A DNA stretch of 64,000 nucleotides from Peribolospora baueri (GCA_029717555.1 JAMDHS010000005.1:62001-126000); one strand, 5' to 3'. Counted from the stretch's first letter, positions 38,215-52,141 are shown. Translations and numbers: made by a program. Notes: generated by a model not told the origin, from the sequence alone.

Positions 38215-40342
38215 ATGGATCTGAACGAGGTGTATCTGCAGCCCGACTTTGATCCATGGACCCTGCGCGTGCCTCAACTACGCAATGTCTTGCACCAGTA
38301 TTCAATCGTCCTCCCTTCCAGCGCAAGGAAAGCGGAGCTGATAGCTGCGTTCGAGGAGCATGTTCGTCCTCTTGTGCCTGCCATCCGCCAGCGCGCATCT
38401 CCCATGGCTTCCTCAGAGAAACGAGTGAGTACCTCTAGGGTCCGTCTTTCTTTTCCTAATTACGCCATCTAGCCAAGCATTGAGCGCTTCTGGCACCTTA
38501 TCCTGGGTTGCAGGCTTCAAAGCTTGGCGGTCCTAGGGATTCTCCTATCTTGGCTTCTTTGGAGAGACGAGTGAGTGTTCCCAGATTCGTGTTTCTTCCC
38601 TTTTACGCTGTCTAGTCCATGTATCGATCTTTCCGGTGTATCCTACGGATTTGCAGGCCTCAAAGCTTGAAGGTCCCAGCGATCTTTCTACTTCGACTTC
38701 CATCACTCCATCCCGCGTTCGCCGCACACCCCTAAGCGTTGCCAAAGACGCGGATACCGCGCGACAGCAAATTCCGTCTTCAACCACCCCTTCCCCTCCT
38801 TCCGATATTCGTCGCACTTCAGCGCCTGCTCAGACTCCGATGTCGAGCAAGGGCCGCCTTGTCCGACCACGTACGACCACCACAAAGCGGCCTCCCACCG
38901 ACATCCTCGCTAACCTCGGCGATCTCGCTTGGACGCTTCTCGCACTTTTTGCCATTGGCTTTGTCGCCTGGTACATACAGGAGAGCAAGGAGCTCGGCTT
39001 CTGCGACACCGGATCACAGTCCAATGAGACGATCAAACGCAGAGCGGAGATCGGCCAGCCGCCCTCCGTACTCGCTCAAAAGTTGGCACCTACCTGCGCA
39101 CTATGTCCGTCGCATGCCATCTGCGAGGGTGGCCACGTGGTTGCGTGCGAATCGTCCGACTACGTGCTTGCTCCGAGTGCCCTTGATTCTCTGCCCCTAG
39201 CCCATACTCTCCTCCCGCCTGCGTTGCATCCTCCCCGCTGCATCCCGGACACACAGAAGCAGGTTCTAGTTGCAGAGCTCTCCCACGAGATTGAGCAGCG
39301 GCTGTCGGTCTTTCGCGGGGAGGTGGAGTGCGGCCGACGGCGAGGAATTGATCGTGCCGGAAGCCTGGCATCGTACGCAGTGAGAGAGGATGAGCTGAAA
39401 GAAAATCTCCGAGAGAACAAGGATGTGAGTTTTGCGGAACGGAGCGTCAGAAGATGCGGACTTCTGACATTGTGCCGAATGGCCATGTCTTACACAGCCT
39501 TCCTTCTCCGACGCCTACTTTGATGATCTTTGGAACCTTGCTATTCAAGACGTAAGCAATCAGGGAGCAGTCTCGGCCGTGAACGACGAGTGAGTAAACT
39601 CATACCCCACGTCGTCCTGAGAAAGCAGCTGACCTGTTGCCTATCATTCGTTATTGAATGATCACCCTCTCCAGTGGATCGCTGTGGCTTGTAGCTCAAA
39701 CAGCTACGCGACCACTGAGCTGCCGTCTGAGGAAAACCATCGCTGGTGTACTAGCCCGCTATCGGTGGCGGATAGGAGGTGAGTTAAGGCGAGCCGAGTT
39801 AAATGCGGGACCATGCTGATCGCAGGGTGACTTTATGGTGTGGTGCATAGGGACAATATTTCTTTACCTGCTTGTGGCCCTCCTGCGAAGGCGAATGCAG
39901 GCTACGCGGTCAGAAGCCAAACTGGTTGCAGATCTCGTCCAGCTTGCTCTGCAGCGGCTCAGAGAGCAGGTGAGTAGTCTCATTCCTTTTCGAGTTTATG
40001 AGAGTTTATCTCTTTTGCTTTCGGAAGTGCCCAGGCCTGATCGTCATCTTCTCCGACTTATAGGAGCACGCCCACTACACCGACCCCGTACAAGTTCCGC
40101 ATCCGTATCTTCCGACCTCACACCTCCGAGACCTTGTCCTCTCGGACGAGCCCTCTCCGACTCGCCGGCAACAGTTGTGGAGCAAAGTGGAACCTATCGT
40201 CGAGGGAAACTCCAACGTACGGACGAGGCAGGCTGAATCGCGCGGCGAGTACTGGCGCGTATGGGAGTGGATAGGCGGCGGGGCTTTGCCTTTGCAAAAT
40301 TCGCCCGAAATGAGTCGACCAAATTATCCCCAGCTTGAGTAA
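38215..40342 (+). CDS. SRC1: Inner nuclear membrane HeH/LEM protein (Src1/Heh1/Man1/Lem2 family)
   Basis: HeH domain [34 protein letters not shown]1 [38 protein letters not shown] (MSC domain); TM2; C-terminal [31 protein letters not shown]. Confidence 0.9.
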
Positions 40343-40386
40343 TATCATGGGTCCATTCGATCAGGCGAAATACGAATTTTGCCCTT

Positions 40387-41298
40387 TTAGATTTGTCCGA
40401 TGGTCCATAGATCTGATGTGGTCGAGGGAAGAAGGAAAGTCCAGTCAGAGGTAGTTCGAGATGCTCGATGGAACAAGGGCTGAAGAACCGCCTAGATGAC
40501 TCACCGTCGTTGAGATAATGAATGTTATCCACGCCGATGCCCTTGTTACTTTTCTTGATCTCTTCCGTGTCCATCTTAGTCAAGCCAATGCCCACAGCGT
40601 TATCCTTCCCTTCCGCCATGACCGCTACCGCGCGTCCGCTCGGCACCGCTTCAGAAGCCGGGGGAAGGCGGCCGCCTTTCGAGGTCATACCAGGCGACAT
40701 TATATTAGCGCCGGCGAGGATGAAGCGAATGGCACCACGGTCCACCTGCACCGAAGGGAGCAGCTGGGGATCTGCGGGAAGGGCCATGCAACCGGTCAGC
40801 GAGCTCACGGAACAAAGTTGTTTCGACCATGCGACCGAGAATGGGTTCGGTTTGCGTCGACTCACATTTGTGAAGTAGCCGCAGAGTCGGGAAGTAGGGG
40901 CCATCGAAATGCTGAAAGAAAAGCGGCTCCCCCTTGTAGGAGAGGATGCTGATGTGATCCTTGCTGCAAGCCGCGAGAAAGAAGGGAAGTTGAGTTGTTC
41001 ACTCCTATAACGGACGACGGCCTTGCAACGCTATTATTGCCCACCACTTGAGCAAGGTGATGTTCTCCTTCTTGGGCCATATCGCTTCCATGAGAGCAGC
41101 ATCGTTTTCCGCCAGGACCGGCATCTGTTCGAGGAGCTTTGTGCGCATCGCCCGTTGCACAGAAGATTTGACGGCTGTGGAGGTGGCCACGTCCTCCTTC
41201 GGGGAGAACCTGGCACAACGGAAGGGAGGTTATAAGTGAATGTGCGTGTTAATCTGGGTTGTGAGATTCCTAACACCTCGAACGTACTTTTTGAACAT
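40387..41298 (-). CDS. TMA20: Translation machinery-associated protein 20 (MCT-1, PUA domain)
   Basis: MFKK|..[79 protein letters not shown]. Confidence 0.93.
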
Positions 41299-41602
41299 GA
41301 CGCTCGTCTATTTGTCGCAATGATGCAGCTGGTCGCGTCCACACGTTCATCCACGGTCGATGATCTTCTGCGGCGCGGTGCGAGGCTGGCACGTGATGCG
41401 GACACAACGTCCCAGCCGCGACCGCATCCTTCCAACTCGGGCCCCCGTTGTCTGCTTTTTGTGATTGTTTTCCCGACCTCAGCAGCAGCTTCGTCCAAAA
41501 AGGAGCGCCGCCCATAGCGCACGTCGATGCGACATTTAGGCCGTTAACTTCCGTTTCTCTCGCGGCGCTGGACTACTCTTCAGCGCCACCTGATCGCCAT
41601 CC

Positions 41603-44600
41603 ATGACGTCCCCGAACGGCCCATCTGTGGGCACGCTTTCCTCTGACGACGTCGTCTCCCTCACTCGGTTCACGCGGAAAAAGGCATGGATAGAGGAGAA
41701 GATCAAGGTGAGTCTAAACAAGTTTTTTTGTTCCGTATCCTGCTTTTGCTGAAGCTCGTACGTGTTTTCTCCGTGGCATGTAGTTTCTGGAGACACTGCC
41801 AAAGGTCGATCCTTTTGGCATCTTTGTCTCTCTCGCCGGAGAGGAAGAACAAGTCCACTCAGGCGAGCAAATAGCATCCAGGGAGCAGGTAGAGCAATGG
41901 GCAACGGAGAATGACAAGTTGGAGGGCGAGACGGAGCAGTTCGACACGGAGGAAATGAGCCGGCTTAAAAAGGTCGCCAAAGGTTCGCATTCTTCCTTCT
42001 TATCAATTTTGGCCATAAATCGCTATTCTGAATCCTGGATCGCTGCTCTGTCTGTGATTCTCAGCCGCTTCGAAGCGTGAGCTGGACAATGAGAGCACCG
42101 ATCTCATCGACATCGCCCTCAGCACCATAATATCTCTCGACCGCCTGCTTCATCTGCTCCGCAGCCGTGCCAACATGCTCGTGATGCTTGGTATCCGACT
42201 CGACTGGGAGGATCAGCGACACGTTGCTTGGCGGGAATTGCGTTCTCTGAAGCGCGACGTCAGCAATTTCGTAACGTTGAGAGGCAGATGGAGTGCAACC
42301 GTCTCTAAAAAGGCAGAAGGCACCTCCCCGTCGTCTTCCCCTCAGAGTTCTCCCATCGGTGTCGTTAAAGGATCGCCAGGTCACAAGGGCATGCACACGG
42401 CTATGTCCAGGTTCATGCAGTCGGAAATCCTCGCCCTCGATTCAGCTCGCTTGTCGACTCGTATTCGCTCGCTGATGCACTCGATCGTTCCTTCCTGCGG
42501 CGCGACGCTCGACAAGTTAATCGACACATCCCGGGTGCCGGTGCCGGATGCCTTTCTCGACGAACAAGAGCAACTAGAAAACGAGGCCTCGCTACTCAAT
42601 ACTCAGGGTCCCTTCCTAGTCGATCTTGTGAAGCAGTGGCGGAAGGCGGATGAGCTCTCCCAAACATTCAAGAGCCTTCAGGCGGACTGCAAACTCTTGA
42701 CAAACGACGTCGACAGGGCGAGGACTCAGCAGCTGACAGAAGCAAAGTACTCCGCCTTCGCATCGCGCTGCTCCACCATTGAGGCGAGGCTGGAACCGGT
42801 TGCTGCCGCCTTTGGAGACCACGGTGGCGCGATTCCTCGGCCCATGCATCAAGATTACCCCGATCAAGAGGCTGCCAATGACAAGGTCGTGTCCATCCTT
42901 ACCTCGGAGCTCGCCTCCGCCACAAGGAGGGTAAGACAAGCTGTTGAAGCGGTAGCGGCGTATCACCGAGCCTTGGAAGCCAAACAGCGTCCTCCGGAGC
43001 CCGGGACGGCTGCGGAGGAGACGGCCGAGAGAGACAAAGAGTTTGTGGAAGCTCCGGTGAACGGCTCAATCAGTGAAGATCCTTCAGGCTACGAAAATCA
43101 ATCCCGCGAACTTGACGAACCAAGGACGGCTGACGGGCGTGCGCTGGAGGGATTCGCTGTCGTCGTGGACACGACGCAAAAGGAATCTCTCAACGGTGAT
43201 CCTCGACCCGACGACTTGCAGGGAGCCGAGTTATCCTCACCTGACAATTCGACAGACGTCATCGAGGGTACTACCGAGACCCTGGACGAGTGCTCGGACC
43301 CGACAAGGAACGACCCAGTCAACGGTGATCATCAGGACGACGGTTCGCGGTTGGTCGAGTCGTCTGGTCCCGAAGACTTGGCGGAGAAGGCCATCGGAAA
43401 TGCAGCTGGGGATACCGGGGATCCAGACGCGACGAGGAACGAACACCTCATTGGGGTTCCTCGACACCGTACCTCACACCGACTTGACCCATCTGATGTT
43501 TACGACGAGACGAAGGGCTTTAACCATGCGGCCGAGGACCCTGACGTGGTCGGAGGCACAGAAGCGAAGGCAGCGTTGAGCGAGCGTACTGGTGATGGCC
43601 GTTCGCGACGGTCCGACTTGTTCGGTCCTGGCAATCTCGTGTCTTCTACGACCGAGTCCTGCATTTCTAACGAGCCCCTCCCTCGCCTCGCCCGAACTTA
43701 CTCATCGCTATCAGAAGACGCTCGCCAAGTCGAGGAAACTCCCAGGCCCCCGGGATCCTCAAAATCTACTAACGCCCTCGCTCCCCGCGTCGTCGTCGAG
43801 TTTCCGACGGGAGAAAGGAATCAGTCGAAGCCAAACAATTATCGTCCCAATGAAAAGAGCAAATTGGACGTTGCAGTCAGCAAGATCCTCAATGAGATGC
43901 CCGTAAGTGACCGTGGGTACGCCATTTTTCCGCGATGTTCCCCTTAACGAGGAAAATGCCGTTTTCCTTTTTGCAGGTTCGCATCAACATGGTACCGGCC
44001 ACGCAGCCGCAGAGAGACACCTGGGAGGACTTGAGCGGACGGTACTGGGTTCGTATGAACGGGGTGGATAAGCTGGTGTTCTGTCGAATCCTCCGTTCAG
44101 GTATGGTTATGTGTAGAGTTGGTGGCGGATGGCGAGGTGAGTTGGCTGCTGGTGACTGCCATTCTATAAATGACGTCCAGTAGCACTCATTCGGGTCATC
44201 TCCCCTCATTTACAGAGCTCCATGACTATCTGTGGGTGACATGGATGAGCCCGACACGTCTTTTCGACGAAAGGATACTGATGCTGACACTCCTGAAAAC
44301 ATTTTGTTTGACAGGGCGTCTCACTCGGCTGAAGTGTTTGGCCTTCCTGATGTGTCCGAATCGCCACCGAGATTGTCGCCGCGTCTTCGTAAAAGTTCTT
44401 GGGGAAGTCTCCCGTGGCTTTCTTCGGCAAACCTGCAGTCGACATCTCCCCAGCAAGCTACGGGTCTAGCAACTCCTCGCCCCGTCAGGGCACGCGTTAG
44501 CTCGATGAGGAGCGAATCGGACGTGCAGTCTTCCATACCCCGTTGGGTCGGTGCGCGAACACCCAGTCGTTCACCGGGGCACTGCAAGACGCCCAGACTC

Positions 44601-44819
44601 CCGTCTTCGCCTTTGCCGGCCAGCTTGGTCGAGCAAGGACGACGACAGTCCATGCGTAGATCAACCAGCCCATACACGCCACACACTTCGCCGCCGCCTG
44701 TCTCTATCCCATTTCCGGACTCTTCTCCTCTACCGTCCAAATCTTCAGGTTCCAATGGCTCTGTTGAGCTTTTGCAGCCTCTACTATTTCACAAAGACCA
44801 GTCGGGGAAGCGGCCATGA
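41603..44819 (+). CDS. GAS2/GAR-domain protein with N-terminal spectrin-like helices
   Basis: FTRKKAWIEEKIK; RLDWEDQR; NYRPNEKSKLDVAVSKILN; SGRYWV..KLVFCRILRSGMVMCRVGGGW.EL (GAR domain); S/P/R-rich tail. Confidence 0.8.
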
Positions 44820-45077
44820 TTCACCCGCTTCTTTTTGTACGCATCCATCCTGTACCTCCACACATGTCTCACATCTGTACTGCTCCCGCATCACTCGTAT
44901 GTTCTTCTATACCCTGCAACATGACCTCTTCACACCTGGGATCGGCAGGATTGGAAGTGCATGCGCGGGTCTTCGCCAGTGAAGGTACTTACGGGCTGAA
45001 CGGTGAGACATGGCGTTGGCCAGGCCAAAAAGAGTGACTAGAGATGTAAAAGTGCCTTACAGCTCTTGATGAGGGTT

Positions 45078-46065
45078 TCACTGCTCATGGCGTGCTATCA
45101 AGTCCACAGAACATAGGATGGCGTCAGAAAACCTTTCGCATGTATCGTCAACTCGGTGCCGCACACTGACCACACGCACCTCCAGATACGCCTGTCTTTC
45201 TTCATATCCCTGTTCAGCGGACCGAAAAACCTTCTTGGCTTTCTTATTCGCCAAACGGGAACGATGCAAGTCTAAAAGAAAGCGACGGCTTGCTCAGAAC
45301 CTTGGTACCATGTCCGTGGTGGAACAGCTCCACACCTACAGTGCTCTTTGATGGTGGCATCCATCTCGGACGCCTCCCTTTCGTGAATATATGCGTGCAA
45401 GCTCTCCATGGCGGAAACTGGATCAGACATCCATGCCTGGTAACCAAAAATTGAGCGAGAGGAGCGGTAAAACACAGCGCAGCAATCTTGGAGCACGTCA
45501 ACCGCCATGCAAACGTAATACATACCTCGTGTAGAGTGATGCCCGTCTCTAGATCCGCATCCAAACCATCGTCGATGGAAACGGTCTGTAGAGCTTGACT
45601 CACGGCTTTATCGCTGCCAGTCCAGCGACGGTGACCAAACGTCGCGGTTAGCCGAGCGACATCTGAGGAACTGTACGCGCGTTCTGATGCGGTCGACGGC
45701 TCGCTCGCGGAGGTGCGTACCACTTGTCCATCGAAGCCTGCCACCTTGCAAGCGTCCGTTTCTCTGTCTGCGAGAGCATGGCTTCCATTTTGTCCTCGAG
45801 AGCGGCGGTTTCCTCGATCTCGTGCCTCGCGCTTTTCTCTGAACACCACCGAGAGCGTGAGCGGGGGCTGCTCGAAAAGAGCAGGACACAGGGCCGGATA
45901 AGACGCACGCACCAAGGACCTTCTCCATGGCCTGACGGATAGGATCGAAGCTGGTGGAGAAGGAGCGAGCCACGACCATTTCAGGCGCAGGTCAAGGTCG
46001 AGAATCGCCCGACGGCCTTTACTGTAAACTTACTCCTCGGACTTGGGTCGAGGGGTGAGCTGCAT
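45078..46065 (-). CDS. Hypothetical helical/coiled-coil protein (multi-exon)
   Basis: MQLTPRPKSE|DFDPIRQAMEKVL..RHEIEETAALEDKMEAML..; canonical introns; no family recognised. Confidence 0.45.
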
Positions 46066-46349
46066 CACGGGATTGGGCTGACCTTTCTTACGACCTTTCG
46101 CTCCTGTCGGCCTGTGATAACTGTGCTTTGGAGGCATGATGAAACAGATAGGCACTGCAAACGGCAACCGTGACGATTGGCTGTGGTCTTGACGCACTTG
46201 GCATGGAGGTTCGGAGCCAAACGCGTCGGTCCCTTATTAGGCGCGCGACGAAAGATTCGATCTCCTAACTACAGCGCCAGTGCTGTCTGTCAATCTACCC
46301 GCAACTGGCGCTTACCACCACCCGCCTACGGAACGTGGCGACCACAACC

Positions 46350-48357
46350 ATGACCTCCTCATCAGACGCCCTGCAAGCTTACTTGTCCGGGCTTCCAGAG
46401 CTCAGCGAAGCGTGTTCTTCTCGCGCTCATGCCCTCTACTCCGATCTCTCTCGTCTACGCCAGTCGAACCCCGCCGCCTACGCAGCAAATGCGGAGTGGT
46501 GGACGCAACATCTGGAAACGATAGTCTTGAAAGGCATACAGGACTGTCGTGGGCCGAGGCAAGCCGGAAAGCAACCCGATCGCTTCGTGCTTCACTTTGA
46601 TCAGGCCCTGCCAAGCAGGCTCCTTCGCAATGGGATCGGTGTGCCATTGGGGCTGGCAACTGTCGTGGTAAGCACTTCCGCGGCGACCCATGGGCTTATG
46701 CGCACATCTGACGGTCCTGACTTTGATTTCGTTACACTGTCTACCCTATACCCTTTTTGACCGGCTAATTGATATGGGGACGAAGACTGATGCCAGCCAA
46801 TCCCGGAGATTTCTCCGTCTTTCAGAGTTCCTCAGCTCGCCAGGGCCCTTTAACCGACGACCGCCAGCAAGCCACCTTCCGTCAATATATTCGGTTGCAT
46901 CGACACTGATTGGACGGCCATTGTGGTGGGCATTGCAGCAGATGAGCCTTGTCGGCGATGGGGAGACGTACGAAGATCCTTCGCAGACTCTGGCCAGGGC
47001 TCGAGGTGATTATGTTCTCGTGGAGAACATGGAGGTGAGCAGGAACGTCGATTACCATAGTGGAAAGCTATCTTGAATACTATGATTTTACGACGTATTG
47101 ACAACTGTTGACGCTCGCGGCCTTCGTCTAGAGCGTGGTGTCACGGTTTCTAGACAACTCCTTCTCGAGTTCCACCTTGTCACCTGCAGAGTCGGTGTAC
47201 TCTACGACAGCTTTCGCTCAGCACTTCGCGAAATACGGTTTCGCAGACAAAAGCTCCGAACACGAAGCTGCACTTTCACAACTGGATTTGAAGGTTGTCT
47301 TGAGGTATCTAACGAGGGACAAGAGGGTCGCGGTAGTGGACAAAGGAGTAAGAGACTGTCGTCAAGCTCGATTAAAAGATAGTGATAACAAATTGACTTG
47401 GTTTGACTCCGTAGGTTGTCAAACTTCAAATGTCAGCTGACGGGGAGCGGCCGTTATCTATAACATCAGCGGATCGAGGCATCGTTGAGATCAAGGACAC
47501 GTTGAAGCGACTGGAACAGCAAATACAAGAGGTCGAGAAGGAGATCGAACGGTGCGCAATTTTGTGACCGTCAGCGCTGCGCTCTCGACTCGATTTGATA
47601 GTGGTGGAGGGTCTAAGGTTCGTTTCATTTGGTCTGGACTACGCAGGCGCTCAGTTAAAATTTCAGAATCTCTACGAGCGAAACGGAAGGCTCAGGCGCT
47701 CTCCTATCTGCGATCGCGCAAAATGCTGGAAGACGTTCTGGTCAAGCGAGTGGGCAGCCAGGAAACGCTGCAAGGGGTGTTACTCAAAATCGAACAAGCT
47801 GCGGGTGACATTGAGGTGCGCTGAGATTTTCATCTGAATGCGCTTGTCATGGTCGAATCCGCTGACCCTTGTTTCATCCCTTTGATGCTGGACTGCAGGT
47901 CATGCAAGCCTACGAGACTGCTACCAAGACACTGCGCGGCCTACTCGCCCACCCCAACCTCAACATGGAACACGTGTCGGAGACGATGGAGGCAATGTCC
48001 GATGCCATTGCAGATCATGCCGAGATTGAGCAGGCCATCCAGGCCGGAAGCAAGGAGGCTCGCGAGGCCGCAGGCGTTGAGATGGATGAAACCGAGCTGG
48101 AGGAGGAACTGGAGGAGCTGGTGAGAGCCTCTGAGAAGAAGGAGAAGTATGAAGAGGAAGGTCCGGAAGGAACAAAGGAAGTTGGGGCGGCCGTGGCTGC
48201 ATCTCGAGAAGCCGGGCCCGAGGCCCTAAAGACGATGGTAACGGATGACAAGGTGAAGCGTCATCCGGAGGCAGACTACGATGCAGTTTCATCGAAGGGT
48301 CAACAAACCGACAAGCCTGTGCGTAGGGAGCGCGAGCCTGTAGCAGAGCCGGCATGA
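46350..48357 (+). CDS. CHMP7: ESCRT-II/III hybrid protein CHMP7 (Chm7/Cmp7)
   Basis: ALYSDLSRLRQSNPAAYAANAEWW; GVPLGLATVV; RPLWWALQQ; DLKVVLRYLTRDK; Snf7 part ALSYLRSRKMLEDVL..LLKIEQAAGDIEVMQAYETAT..ELEEELEEL. Confidence 0.9.
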
Positions 48358-48483
48358 CTTATTTAGCTCAGCTTGGGTTCCACTACCACTTCCTCTTGCT
48401 CTGGATGAGAATTTGACTGTCGTAAGCTTGGATTGGGTTTCTTGCCACGATTGCAAGCCGTGAGCAAATTCGGCGCCGCAGTC

Positions 48484-48499
48484 ACGCGTCGCAACGCGT
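48484..48499. promoter_or_regulatory. Tandem MCB-like elements (ACGCGT x2) upstream of RAD54
   Basis: acgcgtcgcaacgcgt lies ~145 bp before the RAD54 ATG; MCB boxes typify fungal G1/S and DNA-repair genes. Confidence 0.45.
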
Positions 48500-48641
48500 A
48501 CATTGAGCGCGTAGTGATCAGCCTGCCGGAACGCAACGGTGCCTTCCTCTCCCCTCCCAACCCGGTCCTTGACAAATCCTTCGCTCTCACACTTTTGCTC
48601 TTTTATCCTAGGATACATTCCTCTTTCGACCTTGCGCGGCA

Positions 48642-51600
48642 ATGCGAAGGTCTCCCCTGCTCCCTGTCACACACCAAACCGGTCAGCTTGACTCCACTGG
48701 CAGTTCTGCCTCCCCACGCACTTGCTCCAGCGGAGGGTTCGGTCCTCTAACTGGCCTCAAGCCCTTCAGGACACCTAGTCCAGCTATCAAAGATGATAGA
48801 CGCGGAGGAAGACCGTCTCGAAAGCGAGCCAGGGTGGACTACGGTTCCATGGGTGGCGGCAGTGACGGGTCTGATGGGGAAGCGACAGGCGGTGGTGATA
48901 GGAGCAGGAAGAAGGGCCCGCCGCTGAGTGAGACTTACAAGCGAGTGACAGCGACCGGGGCACCACTTCCACATCTCCTCCCCAAGAAGTACGGCATATT
49001 TGCTCCTAAAGATAAGCACGATACCATGCGCAGAGTCTTCTCCGTCCCTCAGATGCGCAGCTCCTCCGGCGATATCGTCGCTGCTCGACCCTCAGGAGCA
49101 TCTCTCGGTGTGCGACGACCTTCAGTAATCCCTCCGCGACCTCTTCACGACCCAATGGCCGACCATGCGCTAGTGCTCTTTGATCCGACCGTGGACGACG
49201 TGCAAGGGGCCAAAGAGAGAGAGGAGGAGATTCAGGCACGCAAGGCGGAGCAAGAGAAGCTGAAGAATGTCGGACCGCACAAGAGTTTGGCGCAGATCCT
49301 CGGGCTGGAGAAGGGGAAAAGGAGCGTTGAAAAAGTGCCGGTGGTGCTCGATCCTCGGCTAATAAAAGTTCTCCGCCCGCATCAAGTAGAGGGCGTGAAG
49401 GTGAGCTCAATTCACGGCTGTGAACTGAGCGAGTATGGGGCTCACTGCGCCCCTTCACGGTGTCTCGAAAGTTTATGTACCGGTGCACCACGGGCCTTAT
49501 TGTGGAGAACGCTTATGGCTGCATCATGGCGGACGAGATGGGTCTCGGGAAGACGGTACGTCGTCGTCCTAGTTTGTCATCCGGTTTGCTGGCTACCATT
49601 GACCCCCCACAATCTGCCATTGATGTCCAAGTAGCTGCAATGTATCGCTCTGCTGTGGACCTTGCTCAAGCAGTCGCCTGATCCCGGTAAGCCAACAATC
49701 GAAAAATGCATCATCGCGTGTCCTTCGAGCCTTGTGCGCAACTGGGCAAATGAGCTAGGTATTTGTCTTTCTCCTCCGCATGCAATTTCCGGAATATTCA
49801 GTTGATCCTTCTGGATTTTGGATTCTGTTCAGTCAAGTGGCTGGGGAAGGACGCAGTGCATCCCTTGACTATTGATGGCAAGGCGCCGAAGGAGCAAATG
49901 ATACAATCTGTTCATCAATGGGTCGCTGCAACGGGTCGCAGAGTAACACAGCCTGGTAAGTTCGTCCAGCGTCTTAAGGTTTCCTTGAACATCTTTGCTC
50001 TTTTTTAACTCTAGCTCTTCTTCTACGCGCAGTAATGATTGTCTCTTATGAGACGCTCCGCAATCTTACCGCCGACCTCGGAGATGCCCCTGTCGGTCTC
50101 CTGCTATGCGACGAAGGTCACAGACTCAAAAATTCCGGTGAATTGAAAAGTATGCTCTTTCCTTCCGCGGGAGACCACACTGACATCCTTCGCCCTTTTC
50201 CTTAGATTCGTTGACTTTTCAAGCACTCAACGGCATCCAAGTGCAGAGGCGGGTAATCTTGTCGGGAACCCCAATTCAGGTGCGAACTCTTTCCGCTTCA
50301 GTAGTGACCAAGGCCAAGATTTACCTGTTTCATATCGACACCCTTATCAGAACGACCTCTCTGAGTATTTTTCGTTGCTCAATTTTGCCAATCCCAACCT
50401 CCTCGGCTCGCGCAACGAATTCCGTAAGAACTTTGAATTGGCAATTTTGCGAGGTCGCGATGCCGACGCCAGTGACAAGGAGCGGGAGGAATCAGATAAG
50501 AAACTTCAAGAGCTGTCCTCGCTTGTCAGCAGATTCATCATCAGGAGGACTAATGATCTGCTCTCCAAATACCGTGAGTGTCCAGGGCAACTGACGATTC
50601 AAGGAGCATAGTGTTAGCTTTGACTAACCGCCCCGTTTTCATCTTGTCCCAGTCCCGGTCAAGTACGAACATGTCGTGTTCTGTCGGCTGAGCCCCTTCC
50701 AACTAGCTCTGTACCGCCTTTTCATTCGATCTCCGGAAATCAAGAAGTTGATTCGGGGCACGGGATCACAACCTCTCAAGGCCATTGGCATCCTTAAGAA
50801 GCTCTGCAACCATCCCGACCTGCTGAATCTGCCAGAGGATTTGGAGGGGTCGGAGGCCGTTTTTCCGGAAGGCTACAGGCCGGGTGACAGGCGCAATCTT
50901 TCTATAGAGTACTCTGGCAAGATGATGGTGCTTGAGCGGTTCCTCACGCAGATCAGATCGACGACCACCGACAAGATCGTTCTTATCAGCAACTATACTC
51001 AGACGTTGGACGTTTTCGAAAGGATGTGCCGAGCGAAGAAGTGAGCGCGCAATTCTTATCCCGATAGCCGGTGTGCTGCTTTTTGGCTGCGTTTCTGATT
51101 ATTCTGTCGTCTGGGGGGCGTCACGCAAACGAAGGTGGGGATGTTTTCGGCTGGACGGGACGATGTCGGTCACGAAGCGACAGAAGCTCGTCGACAGGTT
51201 CAACGATCCCGAAGGCAAAGAATTCGTGTTTCTCCTCAGTAGCAAGGCCGGCGGGTGTGGCATCAACCTAATCGGTGCAAACCGACTCATCCTCTTTGAT
51301 CCCGGTAAGCGGCCCCCATTGAATAGGGCGAGGGCTCCAAGGCGCTGATTATTTCTTGCCGGGTACAGACTGGAATCCGGCTTCGGATCAGCAGGCCCTG
51401 GCGCGTGTTTGGAGAGATGGCCAGAAGAAGGAATGTGAGTGCACTCTTCTACATAGCTTTGGCGCGCCCCAGTATTGAATATTGCTGACATTTATTTCTC
51501 TGCCACAGGCTTCGTGTATAGATTCATTGCCACGGGGTCCATTGAGGAGAAAATCCTTCAAAGGTAAGTGCTCATTTTTGGGCTGAAGTGCGGTCACATC

Positions 51601-52141
51601 TCACTGACAATGCTTGTCGAACAACTTTCACAGGCAGTCGCACAAGCAATCTCTGTCGACTTGTGTCGTCGACGAAGTTTCAGATGCGGAACGTCATTTT
51701 TCGCTGGAAAACTTACGGCAGCTGTTCGAATTCCGCGAGGAGACTCTTTGCGATACTCACGACACCTACAAGTGCAAGAGGTGCAAGGACAATAAGCAAT
51801 TCGTCAAAGCACCAGCTTTACTGTATGGGGATACGAGCACGTACGTCGTCACATTTAGGCTTTTTCTCAAATTAACCCGCGGGAACTAGACCTGACGCGC
51901 GCTGGACCGATCGCGCACCGGCCCACCAGGTGGAATCATTACTCGAATGCAGAGTTTGGCAAGTTGCACGACGACCTCCTTCGCGCAGAAATGGGTTTCT
52001 CCGACGTTTCGTTCGTTTTCCAGGTGAGGTCCGGCTTGGCCCGCTTTGCATGTTGCTAGGGCAGGAACAGAGAACAGAGGCTGACTCCAACCCGTGCCAC
52101 CCACCTCATGACGTGCTCCAATCAAGTATTGTAGCCATTGA
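48642..52141 (+). CDS. RAD54: DNA repair/recombination SNF2-family translocase Rad54
   Basis: Rad54_N ([18 protein letters not shown]); [105 protein letters not shown]. Confidence 0.96.

Noticed and set aside
1702..52141. A genome-maintenance gene cluster (UBC9, DDB1, SCC3, RNH1, RAD54, BUB2, RNA1)
   Set aside because: These genes are interspersed with unrelated housekeeping genes, the category is broad, and a possible misjoin at 15.2 kb undermines adjacency.
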